Assembly (NCBI GenBank): GCA_039714535.1
Contig: JBDLJC010000006.1
Coordinates: forward strand, 18,925-82,924
DNA from: Thermodesulfobacteriota bacterium
GTDB taxonomy: Bacteria; Desulfobacterota; Desulfobulbia; Desulfobulbales; JAGXFP01
Reading direction: 5' to 3'
DNA: 64,000 bases
The notes below the pieces were generated by a model. The model was not told the origin of the DNA. It saw only the letters and a list, made by a program, of their open reading frames with translations, and made no database searches. Below, piece by piece: positions 38,354-47,253 of this stretch; position 1 is the stretch's first letter; each line of letters begins with the position of its first letter. The translations under genes and the position numbers were made by a program.

Positions 38354-39019
38354 ATGCCACTTTGGGAAGAAACAATTCCCCTGTTGAGGCAGGGGTATCA
38401 TAGGGAACTCGCCAATCTTGCCTACGGTCCGGCGGCAAGGGGTGAGAAGGTCTATCCGCCCCGGGAGCTGGTTTTCAACGCCATGCGTCTCACCCCCTTT
38501 GCGGAGGTGCGGGTGGTCATCCTCGGCCAGGATCCTTATATCAATGAGTTTAACGGGGTGCCCGAGGCCCATGGCCTCTGCTTTTCCGTTCGCGAGGGAG
38601 TCCCGGTTCCGCCGTCACTACGCAATATCTTCAAAGAAATTCAGATCAGTATCTACGGCGGTGAGCCCCAGGAGTTTTCTTCCGACCTGAGCCGCTGGGC
38701 CGAGCAGGGGGTCTTGCTCCTGAATGCCAGTTTGTCGGTCCTGGCCAAGCGATCAAATTCCCATGCCGATCTTGGCTGGCATAAGCTGACCGATAATATC
38801 ATCGAAATAATTTCCGCCAAAAACGAACATGTGGTCTTCATGTTGTGGGGCGCCTTTGCCCAGAAGAAGGCGCCCCTGATCGACCCGCGCCGTCACCTGG
38901 TCCTCAAGACCAGTCACCCTTCCCCCCTGTCGGCCCATCGTGGTTTCCTGGGTTCGGGAGTCTTCGTTAAATGCAACGATTATCTGCGGAAGCATGGCCG
39001 CGAGCCGATAGTATGGTAG
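38354..39019 (+). CDS. ung: Uracil-DNA glycosylase (family 1)
   Basis: VVILGQDPY, AHGLCFSV, VPPSLRNIFKE, GVLLLNASL, SHPSPLSAHRGF. Confidence 0.95.
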   Translation: MPLWEETIPLLRQGYHRELANLAYGPAARGEKVYPPRELVFNAMRLTPFAEVRVVILGQDPYINEFNGVPEAHGLCFSVREGVPVPPSLRNIFKEIQISIYGGEPQEFSSDLSRWAEQGVLLLNASLSVLAKRSNSHADLGWHKLTDNIIEIISAKNEHVVFMLWGAFAQKKAPLIDPRRHLVLKTSHPSPLSAHRGFLGSGVFVKCNDYLRKHGREPIVW

Positions 39020-39109
39020 GTGGAGGGTAGGTAGGTCTGGCCAGGTGCTGGACTTGCTGTTTCCTGCCATCTCGACGTTCTGTCTCTGTTATGTCGATCG
39101 CTTTAACTC

Positions 39110-39196
39110 TGTCATCTCGACCGCAGGGAGAGATCTTGTAACCGTGGAGTCTCTGGTATAGACAAGATCTCTCCAGCTTCGCCGTTCGAGATGACA
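39110..39196. repeat. Nested palindromic repeat upstream of the GIY-YIG gene
   Basis: TGTCATCTCGA (39110-39120) pairs with TCGAGATGACA (39186-39196); GGAGAGATCTTGT (39127-39139) pairs with ACAAGATCTCTCC (39162-39174). Both pairs are perfect. Confidence 0.85.
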
Positions 39197-39295
39197 AACG
39201 GGAGTGGAGAGCTGGTTGGTTAGTGCGGAGGGTGTGATGCCTATATGTTGGTATAACTGCCATTGATGTAATGGATGTTGGTGACGGTGGTTGGG

Positions 39296-39589
39296 ATGCG
39301 TGAAAGAATGTATTATGTCTATTTGCGGACTAACTGGAATAATGAAGTCATGTATGTTGGCATGACTAATGATCTTGAACGCAGGATCTTTGAGCACAAG
39401 ATCAAGGCTGTTAAGGGCTTCACTGAGAAATATAATGTAAACAAGCTGGTCTATTTTGAGCAGACTTCAGATGTTAATGTCGCCATTGCCAGAGAGAAAG
39501 AGATCAAGAAATGGCGGCGGGAAAAGAAAGACGCTCTGGTCAAACAGGTGAATCCTGATTGGCTTGATCTGAGTGATGATTTTCATTAA
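39296..39589 (+). CDS. Short stand-alone GIY-YIG nuclease (UPF0213/COG2827-like)
   Basis: YYVYL...MYVGMTNDLERRIFEH...FTEKY...LVYFE...AREKEIKKWRREKK...NPDWLDL. The track starts at 39275. Confidence 0.9.
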   Translation: MRERMYYVYLRTNWNNEVMYVGMTNDLERRIFEHKIKAVKGFTEKYNVNKLVYFEQTSDVNVAIAREKEIKKWRREKKDALVKQVNPDWLDLSDDFH

Positions 39590-39633
39590 GACAGCAAGAT
39601 ACCACCCCTCCTGTTATTTCGATTCTTCTTCTC

Positions 39634-39661
39634 TGTCATCTCGACCGCGGGAGAGATCTTG
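39634..39661. repeat. Left-arm copy of the same repeat, downstream of the GIY-YIG gene
   Basis: TGTCATCTCGACCGCGGGAGAGATCTTG is nearly identical to 39110-39138. Confidence 0.85.
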
Positions 39662-39712
39662 CCGTTGCCATCTTGTCACCGCGACTTCCGGATAATTTCA
39701 TCCCATTTAAAA

Positions 39713-40348
39713 TTAAACCTCTTCCCGATAGGGGAAGTCAGGATTATCCAGTAGTTTGCCAATCCGCTGTTTCTTGGCGGAGGTATTATTGTGGTATTCG
39801 ACCACTTCACCAATAACCTTGATGGTCTCTTCCTCATCGGCCTGGCGCACAACTCTCCTGGCTGCTTTGGGTTTGGGTCCGCCTTTGCCGCCCAGGTAGA
39901 TATCAAAACCCTGGCGGGTGGCGATGATGCCGATATCGGTCATGATCGGGTTGGAACAGGCGGCCGGGCATCCGGCAATGGCGATCTTGAACTTCGGTTT
40001 TACGCCTGCCATATCGCCGAATCTGGCCAGGATCCTGTCGGAAAGCGCCATGGTGTCGATCTGGCCCAGATTGCAGCTGCTTTTGCCGATACAGATCCTT
40101 GGTAGTGGGAACATCCCCGGCCCTTTAAGTCTGACTCCGAACGATATCAGTTCGTCTTTTATTGGCGCAAGATCAGACTCGGTGATATTATACAACCGTA
40201 GGTTCTGGGCGGTGGAAAGATAGAGGTCAAAGCTGTATTTTGCCGCAAGTTCATCTATTTTTTGCAGCACCGCAGCAGGCAGTGAACCGCCGGGGAGAAG
40301 GATGGTTAAGGTCCTGGGGCCGTATTTGTCTTTGTCGCCATGCATCAT
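39713..40348 (-). CDS. Small siroheme-[4Fe-4S] sulfite/nitrite reductase-like protein
   Basis: LPGG...LSTAQNLRL ferredoxin-like half; CIGKSSC and KFKIAIAGCPAAC ligand motifs; DIGII, GGKGG. Confidence 0.78.
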   Translation of the reverse strand: MMHGDKDKYGPRTLTILLPGGSLPAAVLQKIDELAAKYSFDLYLSTAQNLRLYNITESDLAPIKDELISFGVRLKGPGMFPLPRICIGKSSCNLGQIDTMALSDRILARFGDMAGVKPKFKIAIAGCPAACSNPIMTDIGIIATRQGFDIYLGGKGGPKPKAARRVVRQADEEETIKVIGEVVEYHNNTSAKKQRIGKLLDNPDFPYREEV

Positions 40349-40580
40349 ATCACCAGAAGTAAGTGTTATCTGTTTTTGAAAATTCTGTTCAATTATGTCG
40401 GTTTGATTGACAGAAAAATTCGAGATTATAGCCGATTTTTAAAAAAAGTGTGGAGGAATCCCTTAACTCCGTTTATTAAGGTGTTTCATATTTATCGAAA
40501 GTAAACATGATGTTGGACTTTAAGGGTGATCTGTGCATCGCTGGAGAGACACCCTTGGTTAAATACTTTGGAGGGTAATC

Positions 40581-41009
40581 ATGGGTGGTCACAGTCATAA
40601 TCCATACCGGGCCGATGCTGCAGCCAGTAATTCTATCGATCGCAAGCGTGAGCAGGAAAGGCGCTTTATGCTGCAGGCCGCTTTCAGGAACAGCGAGGAG
40701 TTGGCAACCAAGCTGGTCCAGCGTCTCTTGGATCAGCACATTATTGAGGCCACCTCTGTGGATGGTATTCGTGAAGCGATAAGTGATCAACTGCAAAAAG
40801 TTTCGGAGCTGGATGAGCACGATTTCAATTTCAAGATCGCTCCGATCAGACAACTGGTTCCCAACCCCAATTTTTTAAGCCTGTATATAACCCAGTACAT
40901 AATTGAAGATCTGATTGATCACCGTGATATCGAAGATATCTTCGGTGAAGAGGGTGATATCTATCAGGTGGTTGATTCTATTCTCGGTTCCCTTCGTTCT
41001 CAGCGTTAG
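40581..41009 (+). CDS. Hypothetical protein (142 aa)
   Basis: GGAGG SD, protein-like composition, ends 5 nt before the radical SAM gene. Confidence 0.75.
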   Translation: MGGHSHNPYRADAAASNSIDRKREQERRFMLQAAFRNSEELATKLVQRLLDQHIIEATSVDGIREAISDQLQKVSELDEHDFNFKIAPIRQLVPNPNFLSLYITQYIIEDLIDHRDIEDIFGEEGDIYQVVDSILGSLRSQR

Positions 41010-41014
41010 TCTCC

Positions 41015-42310
41015 ATGGTGGATACAATCCATCCCGCCACCCTGCCATATCTTTTATACGCAAACGATAAGGGCGAGATTTGCGATCTGCCAGATTTGGC
41101 CATGGCCGGTCGTAGTGGCCGGGATCTTCAGACACCCCAGCTTAATGAATTAATCCCCCTGCCCGAGGGCAGCGAATTATTCGTCCTTGATGATCGAATG
41201 CCGATCGGGATTGATTCGAATAGCGGTGAATTTCTCAAGCTCGAAGATGATCCGCATCAACCGGGCAGGTCGGTTCGCGCGGTGGCCGCTTTTATGGCCC
41301 CGGCCCATACTGCCATTTACTCCACAGCTTTTGAAAAAAAATCGGCTGGGGTCAAACCTTTGCCGTTGTTTGCCTACGCGGCGGTGGGCTGGCACGATAA
41401 CCGGTTTTGGGTCAGTGGTTTCAGGAGTGATTCTGATCCGCGCCAGGAACCGGACCGCTTCAAGCCGGCCAGGATCCGTAAGGCCACCAATAGGCGTCTC
41501 CGCGAAAACCCCGCCAACCGTTTGATCCAGCATCTGGGTAAATGCAGCCTCACCTACGGCTGTCCGGCGGCGGTCAATTATTTCATGGATAGCTGGGAAG
41601 CGCCGCTGCCAACTTCGCCGGTCTGTAATGCGGCCTGTATCGGTTGTATTTCCTTGCAGCCCTCGGGCTGTTGTCCTGCCACCCAGGACCGGATCAAGTT
41701 TACGCCCAGCCCGGAGGAGATTGCCGGGGTGGCATTGCCTCACCTGGAAAAGGTGGACGGGGGAGTGGTCAGCTTCGGGCAGGGCTGTGAAGGCGAACCG
41801 TTGATGCAGGCCGACATTATCGAAAAGAGTATCAAGCTGATCAGGAAAAAAACTGCCCGGGGCACCATCAATCTGAACAGCAATTCCAGTATGCCCACTG
41901 CCATCGAAAAGCTTGCGGCGGCAGGGCTGGATTCACTGCGGGTCAGCCTTAACAGTGCCAGGGCTGATTATCACCGCCGTTACTATCGCCCCAAGGGCTT
42001 CGATCTGGACAATGTCAAGGAATCGATCCGGGTGATGAAAAGGGCTGGTCGTTTTGTCTCGCTGAATTATTTTATGCTGCCCGGTTTCACTGACGATCCC
42101 GCCGAATTTGGTGCCTTGGGCAACTTGATTGACGATTGTCGCCCCGATTTCGTTCAGCTCCGTAATCTTAATATGGACCCGGACTGGTATCTCGATGAGA
42201 TTAAGTTTTCCCCAGCGGGGCCTGCCCTTGGGATTCTCAATTGGCTGGAGAGGTTGCGGGAGGCATTCCCTCATCTTGAATTTGGATATTTTAACCCGCC
42301 GTTGAATTGA
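41015..42310 (+). CDS. Radical SAM protein of unknown substrate
   Basis: CNAACIGC (CX3CX2C), SFGQGCEGEP, NLNSN, LRVSLNSA. Confidence 0.85.
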   Translation: MVDTIHPATLPYLLYANDKGEICDLPDLAMAGRSGRDLQTPQLNELIPLPEGSELFVLDDRMPIGIDSNSGEFLKLEDDPHQPGRSVRAVAAFMAPAHTAIYSTAFEKKSAGVKPLPLFAYAAVGWHDNRFWVSGFRSDSDPRQEPDRFKPARIRKATNRRLRENPANRLIQHLGKCSLTYGCPAAVNYFMDSWEAPLPTSPVCNAACIGCISLQPSGCCPATQDRIKFTPSPEEIAGVALPHLEKVDGGVVSFGQGCEGEPLMQADIIEKSIKLIRKKTARGTINLNSNSSMPTAIEKLAAAGLDSLRVSLNSARADYHRRYYRPKGFDLDNVKESIRVMKRAGRFVSLNYFMLPGFTDDPAEFGALGNLIDDCRPDFVQLRNLNMDPDWYLDEIKFSPAGPALGILNWLERLREAFPHLEFGYFNPPLN

Positions 42311-42425
42311 CTTGCTCCCCGAAAAAAGTTGTTTAATGTCGGGACTGAGATATGTTATCTTAAACTTGGTTAGAGATTTGTTTGTCGCTATTAGCTGTTC
42401 AATTAACAAAGTGAGAGAGATTGAT

Positions 42426-42959
42426 ATGAAGAAGATCGTTTTGTTTTTGGCGATGTTCATGCCTTTTTGCTTTCAGTCTAACGCCGATGCTTTTTATGGC
42501 GGAGTTAGTTTTGTTTCGGCAAAAGTCGATTTTGGTGACTATGATGCCGGGGTAGGGTTGCTTGCCATCAAAGGAGGCCAAGAGCTGCACGAAAATATAG
42601 CTGTTGAAGGCAGGTTGGGTATCGGTATTGCAGATGGTGATATTAAGAATAACTCAGTATCTGTGGATTTAAATTATTACTATGGGATTTATTGCAAGGC
42701 CAAACACCAGATCGACAGGTTTAGCCTTTATGCCTTGTTGGGGTTGGCCGGCGCCGAAGTTGAACTTGAGTCGAACGTTCCCGTGCCACCAGGTTTTCCC
42801 AGCACGGCATCTGAAAGTGATGCTGGTCTTTCGTACGGTGTTGGTGTTGAGTTCATGGCCACAGATAAATTGGGAGTCAATCTCGAGTATCTGGTTCTGC
42901 CTGATATCGAGGATGTAGAAATTCAAAGCATAGGTCTCGGGGTGAGTTTCCAATTCTGA
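42426..42959 (+). CDS. Small outer-membrane beta-barrel (OmpA-like transmembrane domain)
   Basis: Signal peptide from ATG 42426, YGVGVEF, C-terminal GVSFQF. The track's longer N-terminus is not signal-like. Confidence 0.8.
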   Translation: MKKIVLFLAMFMPFCFQSNADAFYGGVSFVSAKVDFGDYDAGVGLLAIKGGQELHENIAVEGRLGIGIADGDIKNNSVSVDLNYYYGIYCKAKHQIDRFSLYALLGLAGAEVELESNVPVPPGFPSTASESDAGLSYGVGVEFMATDKLGVNLEYLVLPDIEDVEIQSIGLGVSFQF

Positions 42960-43167
42960 TTTCTTTTCCTGATACATGAATTTTTTCTGGAAGGGTCAGC
43001 TTGGCTGACCCTATTTTTTTGCCTGATTTTGACCAGGTTGGCAAATAATTAGATCGATAATGGAAGCAAAAATTCAATTCACCGATTGTTATTTTAACTT
43101 TACGGTTTATAGTCTGACCGTTTGATTTGGATGATATGTTTTGTGTTGATATTTTCAGGAGATTGAT

Positions 43168-44082
43168 ATGTCTGATGAGATTTTAGATGTTTTAATTATA
43201 GGGGCCGGGCCGGCCGGATTACAGGCCGCTGTACACGCGGTTCGTAAAAAGGCCTCGGTTCTGGTCTTGGGGCGGTCGGAGCGGAGCAGTATTTACTCTG
43301 CCCATGTTGAAAATTATTTATGTGTGGCCGGGGTGGTCGATGGCGGCGAGTTGCTGCGGATCGGGTTTGCGCAGGCGGAAGAATTCGGCGCTGAAATTCT
43401 GGCCGAGGATGTTCTCCATATCGAGCAGGCGGATGATCTGTTCAAGGTAAAGACCGAAAGCCAGGAGGTGGAGGCGCGGGCGCTTATTATTGCCACCGGC
43501 ACCTCCCGTAAGAAGCTCAAGGTTAAAGGCGAGAAAGAATTGGCCGGTCGTGGGGTCAGCTATTGTGTCGATTGTGACGCCAATTTTTTCCGCAATGCCA
43601 AGGTAGCGGTGGTCGGTAATGGCAGTGCCGCAGTTGACGGCGCTCTGACCCTGACCGGCTATGCCTCCGATGTTTATCTGATTACCCGGGGAATTGACGT
43701 CTCTGGCGAATTATTGGAAAAATTGGAAGGCAGCTCTGTGCAGGTCAAAGAAGGAGCCTGGGTTAAGGAGATCAACGGCGACAATGGGGTCACCGGGGTG
43801 GTTCTCGAAGATGATCAGACCCTGGAGGTTGAGGGGGTTTTTGTTGAACTTGGCGCCAAGGGGGCCATGGAGCTGGCGGTCAACCTGGGGGTCTTGCTGG
43901 ATAGTGACACCTTCACCCACATCGAGACCGACAAAAGCCAAGCGACTAATATCGAGGGGATTTTCGCCGCTGGTGATATCACCGGGCATCCTTATCAGAT
44001 GGCCAAGGCGGTGGGAGAGGGCTGTGTGGCCGGACTGGCTGCGGCCAATCATGCCCGAAAACAGAAAAAAGCAGGGGCCTGA
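43168..44082 (+). CDS. trxB: Thioredoxin reductase-like FAD oxidoreductase
   Basis: IIGAGPAG, IIATG, GVSYCVDCD (CXXC), VVGNG, GIFAAGD. Confidence 0.8.
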   Translation: MSDEILDVLIIGAGPAGLQAAVHAVRKKASVLVLGRSERSSIYSAHVENYLCVAGVVDGGELLRIGFAQAEEFGAEILAEDVLHIEQADDLFKVKTESQEVEARALIIATGTSRKKLKVKGEKELAGRGVSYCVDCDANFFRNAKVAVVGNGSAAVDGALTLTGYASDVYLITRGIDVSGELLEKLEGSSVQVKEGAWVKEINGDNGVTGVVLEDDQTLEVEGVFVELGAKGAMELAVNLGVLLDSDTFTHIETDKSQATNIEGIFAAGDITGHPYQMAKAVGEGCVAGLAAANHARKQKKAGA

Positions 44083-44084
44083 TC

Positions 44085-44570
44085 TTGTCCGGGACTTTCG
44101 CAACCCCAGACGCATCTTTTATGGAAATGGCCCTCGATGAAGCCCGGCAGGTCGCTTTACGCGGGGAGGTGCCGGTGGGGGCCGTGGTTGTTGATCGGGC
44201 CGGTCAGATCCTGGGGCGCAGCGGTAACCGCCCGATTGAATTGCATGATCCGTCCGCCCATGCCGAGATGCTGGCCATGCGCCAGGCGGCGGAAACTCTG
44301 GGTAATTACCGGCTGACCGGTTGTACCCTCTATGTGACCCTGGAGCCGTGTCCGATGTGTGCCGGGGCCATGGTTAATGGTCGCCTGGCCCGGGTGGTTT
44401 TCGGGGCCGAAGACCCTAAAGGCGGTGGCATGGTGAGTCGTTATCGGATTGGCAGCGACGGTTTTCTCAACCACACTCTGGAATTTGAGGGTGGTCTACT
44501 TGCTAAAGAATCGGCAAAGCTACTCCGTGATTTTTTCAGGGAGAGGCGCAATGCTAACAGTGGCGGGTGA
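44085..44570 (+). CDS. tadA: tRNA adenosine(34) deaminase
   Basis: GEVPVGAVVV, DPSAHAEM, LYVTLEPCPMCAGA. Confidence 0.92.
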   Translation: MSGTFATPDASFMEMALDEARQVALRGEVPVGAVVVDRAGQILGRSGNRPIELHDPSAHAEMLAMRQAAETLGNYRLTGCTLYVTLEPCPMCAGAMVNGRLARVVFGAEDPKGGGMVSRYRIGSDGFLNHTLEFEGGLLAKESAKLLRDFFRERRNANSGG

Positions 44571-44747
44571 GTCGGCTGGTACCGTGTGCTGGCAATGCCC
44601 TGCCATCATTTGCGGAAACTGAATTTCCGTGTGTGCGGGCTAATTTTCAACCTTTTAAGCCAGTGAGATATTTGCCCCGGTAAATTTTTCTACCCTTTTC
44701 CGAAAAAAACGCTATATTAGCTCTCTTCATTGGCAAGATGAGCAAAC

Positions 44748-44835
44748 GGAGAGGTGACCGAGTGGCTGAAGGTGCACGCCTGGAAAGCGTGTGTGCGGCA
44801 ACGTACCGAGGGTTCGAATCCCTCCTTCTCCGCCA
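44748..44835 (+). tRNA. tRNA-Ser(GGA)
   Basis: GGAGAGG acceptor stem, CACGC-CTGGAAA-GCGTG anticodon arm, long variable arm, GGTTCGAATCC, CCA end. Confidence 0.95.
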
Positions 44836-44891
44836 TTAGCTATAATACCCTGTCGTCCGGATTTGATGTCTGGTGTCAGGTTTTTCAAGTT

Positions 44892-44994
44892 TGGCAGTCG
44901 GGTCCTGCGCAACAAAGGCTCGCGAACTCCGCCAGGTCCGGAAGGAAGCAACGGTAGCGATTTTCTTTGTGTGTTGCAGGGTGCCCGGCTGCCA
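44892..44994 (+). ncRNA. ffs: Signal recognition particle RNA (4.5S, small type)
   Basis: Conserved CCAGGTCCGGAAGGAAGCAACGG helix 8; terminal stem TGGCAGTCGGG/CCCGGCTGCCA; upstream of dnaX. Confidence 0.93.
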
Positions 44995-45080
44995 TTTTTT
45001 TTAACCAGTGTTTCTCTGGTTAAAGCTGAATTGCGCCGTTTGTCGGCTCAAACCGATAAGCGAGTCCATGAGGCATCGAG

Positions 45081-45127
45081 ACTTATACCCCTCAATGGGC
45101 ACTGAAAAGAGTGCCCTTGTGGTGTAA
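45081..45127. repeat. 47 bp TA-TACC palindromic mini-element, copy 2
   Basis: ACTTATACCCCTCAATGGGCACTGAAAAGAGTGCCCTTGTGGTGTAA, a near copy of 33606-33653. Confidence 0.7.
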
Positions 45128-45149
45128 TATCGTTTATAGTCAATCCATT

Positions 45150-46934
45150 ATGTCATATCTCGTTCTAGCCAGGAAATGGCGTCCCCTTAATTTTGATCAG
45201 GTTGTAGGGCAGGGTCCGATAGTCCGGATCTTGCGCAATGCCATCAGTCGGAACCGGGTGCCGCATGCCATGTTGTTCAGCGGGGTGCGGGGAGTTGGCA
45301 AGACGACCCTGGCCCGGATCATGGCTAAGGCCCTTAACTGTGAACGACAGGGGGGCGAACTCCCCTGTAATGAATGTTCTTCCTGTCTGGAAATCATGGC
45401 CGGCACGGCCGTAGATCTTCACGAAATCGATGGTGCGTCAAATCGTGGTATCCAGGAAATTCGCGACCTGAAAGAGAACATTCGTTTTCTCCCTACCCGG
45501 GGCCGTTATAAAATCATGATCATTGATGAGGTCCACATGCTCACCAATGAGGCCTTTAATGCCCTGTTGAAGACCCTGGAAGAGCCGCCTGATCATGTCA
45601 TCTTCATGTTCGCCACCACCGAAATACACAAGATTCCCGTAACGATTCTGTCTCGTTGCCAGCGCTATGAGTTGAAAAGAATCCCTTTTGCCGAACTTTT
45701 TGGGTTCTTCAAAAAGATTGCTGAGGCCGAAAAAACTACGATTTTCGATAGCGCCCTGGAGATGATTGCCAGGGAGGCGGCCGGTAGTGTTCGCGATGGC
45801 TTGAGTCTGCTCGACCAGGTTTTCTCCTTCGGCGGTGAGCAGATGACCGATGAGGATGTCAGCGAGGTTCTGGGCTTGGTCGGCAGTCAGGTTTTCGAGC
45901 AACTGGCGGCGGCCCTGCTTGCTGAGGACCTTGGTGCGGCTCTGAAGATTCTCGACCAGGTCTGTACGGCCGGGGCTGATCTGAAAAGATTTACCGCCGA
46001 CCTGCTCCAGTTTATTCGTGGCCTGATTGTTTGCCGGGTCAGCAAAGCCCCGGCCGAATTGCTTGAAGGTTCTGATCGGGAGATTGCCAGTATGACCGAA
46101 ATGGCAGGCCGGCAGAGCAGCGAGACCCTTTATAGTCAGTTTGATCTTCTCTTAAAAGGGGCGGCTGAGATGCAGTTTGCGCCCCATCCTCGCCTGGTCC
46201 TGGAAATGACCTTTGCCAAGATCGTCCAGGCCGGCCAGTTGGTGCCGGTGTCCTCCTTGATTGCCAGGATTGATGAGTTGCTGGCGGCGGGCGGGGGTGA
46301 AGCACCGCCGATAAGCCAGACGGCGGCAATCCCGACTCCCGAAAAAAAAAAGCCTGAACCGCTAGCGCCAACCCCTGTCGCTCCGGTCCGGCTTGCCGAA
46401 CCGGCGGTGCCATTTAAGGTGCAAAGCCAACATGGGGTCGTTCCTCCGGATGTCGAAACGGATGAACCTGGTCCTGGTTTGGAGGAGGCGGTTATGGAGT
46501 CGACTGCGGCGGCGCCCAAGGATATTCGCAAGGATTGGGATGATTTCGTGGCCTACGTCAAGGATCGCAAGGACTGGATGGCCCAGATTGTCAAGATGTG
46601 TGATTCCGTCCGGCTCCATGACGGTGAGTTGTTGATGAGGTATGATGACGCCAGCCAGTGCCCGATCCTGCAACAGTCTGACAATCTCAAGATTCTGACA
46701 GAGTTCGCCCAAGATTTTTTTCAACAGGAATGGCGGGTTAAGGTAAGTGCCAATAGCGCTGGTGGCAGCCAAGGCGGCGGCGAAGGGACAGCGGGGCTCC
46801 AGGAGGAGAGAGTGGCGCTGCGCCGGGACCCTCTGGCCCTGTTGGTTGCCGAGGTCTTTAATGGCTATGTCGGTGATGTCCGGACCGGCCCCCGTAGCCG
46901 AGAGATTAAAGCCGGGATGGAAGAGGAGAAATAA
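45150..46934 (+). CDS. dnaX: DNA polymerase III subunits tau/gamma
   Basis: MSYLVLARKWRP, GVRGVGKTT, CNECSSC, EIDGASNRG, IIDEVHML, SRCQ. ATG at 45150. Confidence 0.95.
   Translation: MSYLVLARKWRPLNFDQVVGQGPIVRILRNAISRNRVPHAMLFSGVRGVGKTTLARIMAKALNCERQGGELPCNECSSCLEIMAGTAVDLHEIDGASNRGIQEIRDLKENIRFLPTRGRYKIMIIDEVHMLTNEAFNALLKTLEEPPDHVIFMFATTEIHKIPVTILSRCQRYELKRIPFAELFGFFKKIAEAEKTTIFDSALEMIAREAAGSVRDGLSLLDQVFSFGGEQMTDEDVSEVLGLVGSQVFEQLAAALLAEDLGAALKILDQVCTAGADLKRFTADLLQFIRGLIVCRVSKAPAELLEGSDREIASMTEMAGRQSSETLYSQFDLLLKGAAEMQFAPHPRLVLEMTFAKIVQAGQLVPVSSLIARIDELLAAGGGEAPPISQTAAIPTPEKKKPEPLAPTPVAPVRLAEPAVPFKVQSQHGVVPPDVETDEPGPGLEEAVMESTAAAPKDIRKDWDDFVAYVKDRKDWMAQIVKMCDSVRLHDGELLMRYDDASQCPILQQSDNLKILTEFAQDFFQQEWRVKVSANSAGGSQGGGEGTAGLQEERVALRRDPLALLVAEVFNGYVGDVRTGPRSREIKAGMEEEK
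46342..46357 (+). other. Putative dnaX frameshift/slippage signal (A10G followed by a -1 frame TGA)
   Basis: GAA AAA AAA AAG CCT GA contains A_AAA_AAG. The -1 frame stops at 46355-46357 and the +1 frame at 46363-46365. Confidence 0.7.
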
Positions 46935-47242
46935 TGGATATTCAGAAATTAATGGAACAGGCCAAGGGTTTTCAGGAAAAAATGGCCAGCATGCAGGAAG
47001 AACTTGCCAATAAACAGGTAAGCTCTACCGTTGGCGGCGGCATGGTTTCGGTAACGGTCAATGGCCGCAGCGAGATTGTTGACCTGAAAATTGAACCGGA
47101 GGTCATCAACCCGGATGATCCTCAGATGTTGCAGGACCTGGTTAAGGCAGCGGTTAACGATGCCATGAAGAAGGCTGCGGAGATGGGTAAATCCGAGATG
47201 GCCAAACTGACCGGTGGGCTCAATATCCCCGGCCTTTTTTAA
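46934..47242 (+). CDS. ybaB: YbaB/EbfC nucleoid-associated protein
   Basis: VGGGMVSVTVNG, IEPEVI, LQDLVKAAVNDA; located between dnaX and recR. Confidence 0.93.
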   Translation: MDIQKLMEQAKGFQEKMASMQEELANKQVSSTVGGGMVSVTVNGRSEIVDLKIEPEVINPDDPQMLQDLVKAAVNDAMKKAAEMGKSEMAKLTGGLNIPGLF

Positions 47243-47253
47243 GTGGAGTTTTT

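Noticed and set aside
42353-42380. TGTTATCTTAAACTTGGTTAGAGATTTG, possibly a decayed relative of GTCA-ended palindromic repeats
   Set aside because: Too degenerate to distinguish from chance without a profile search.
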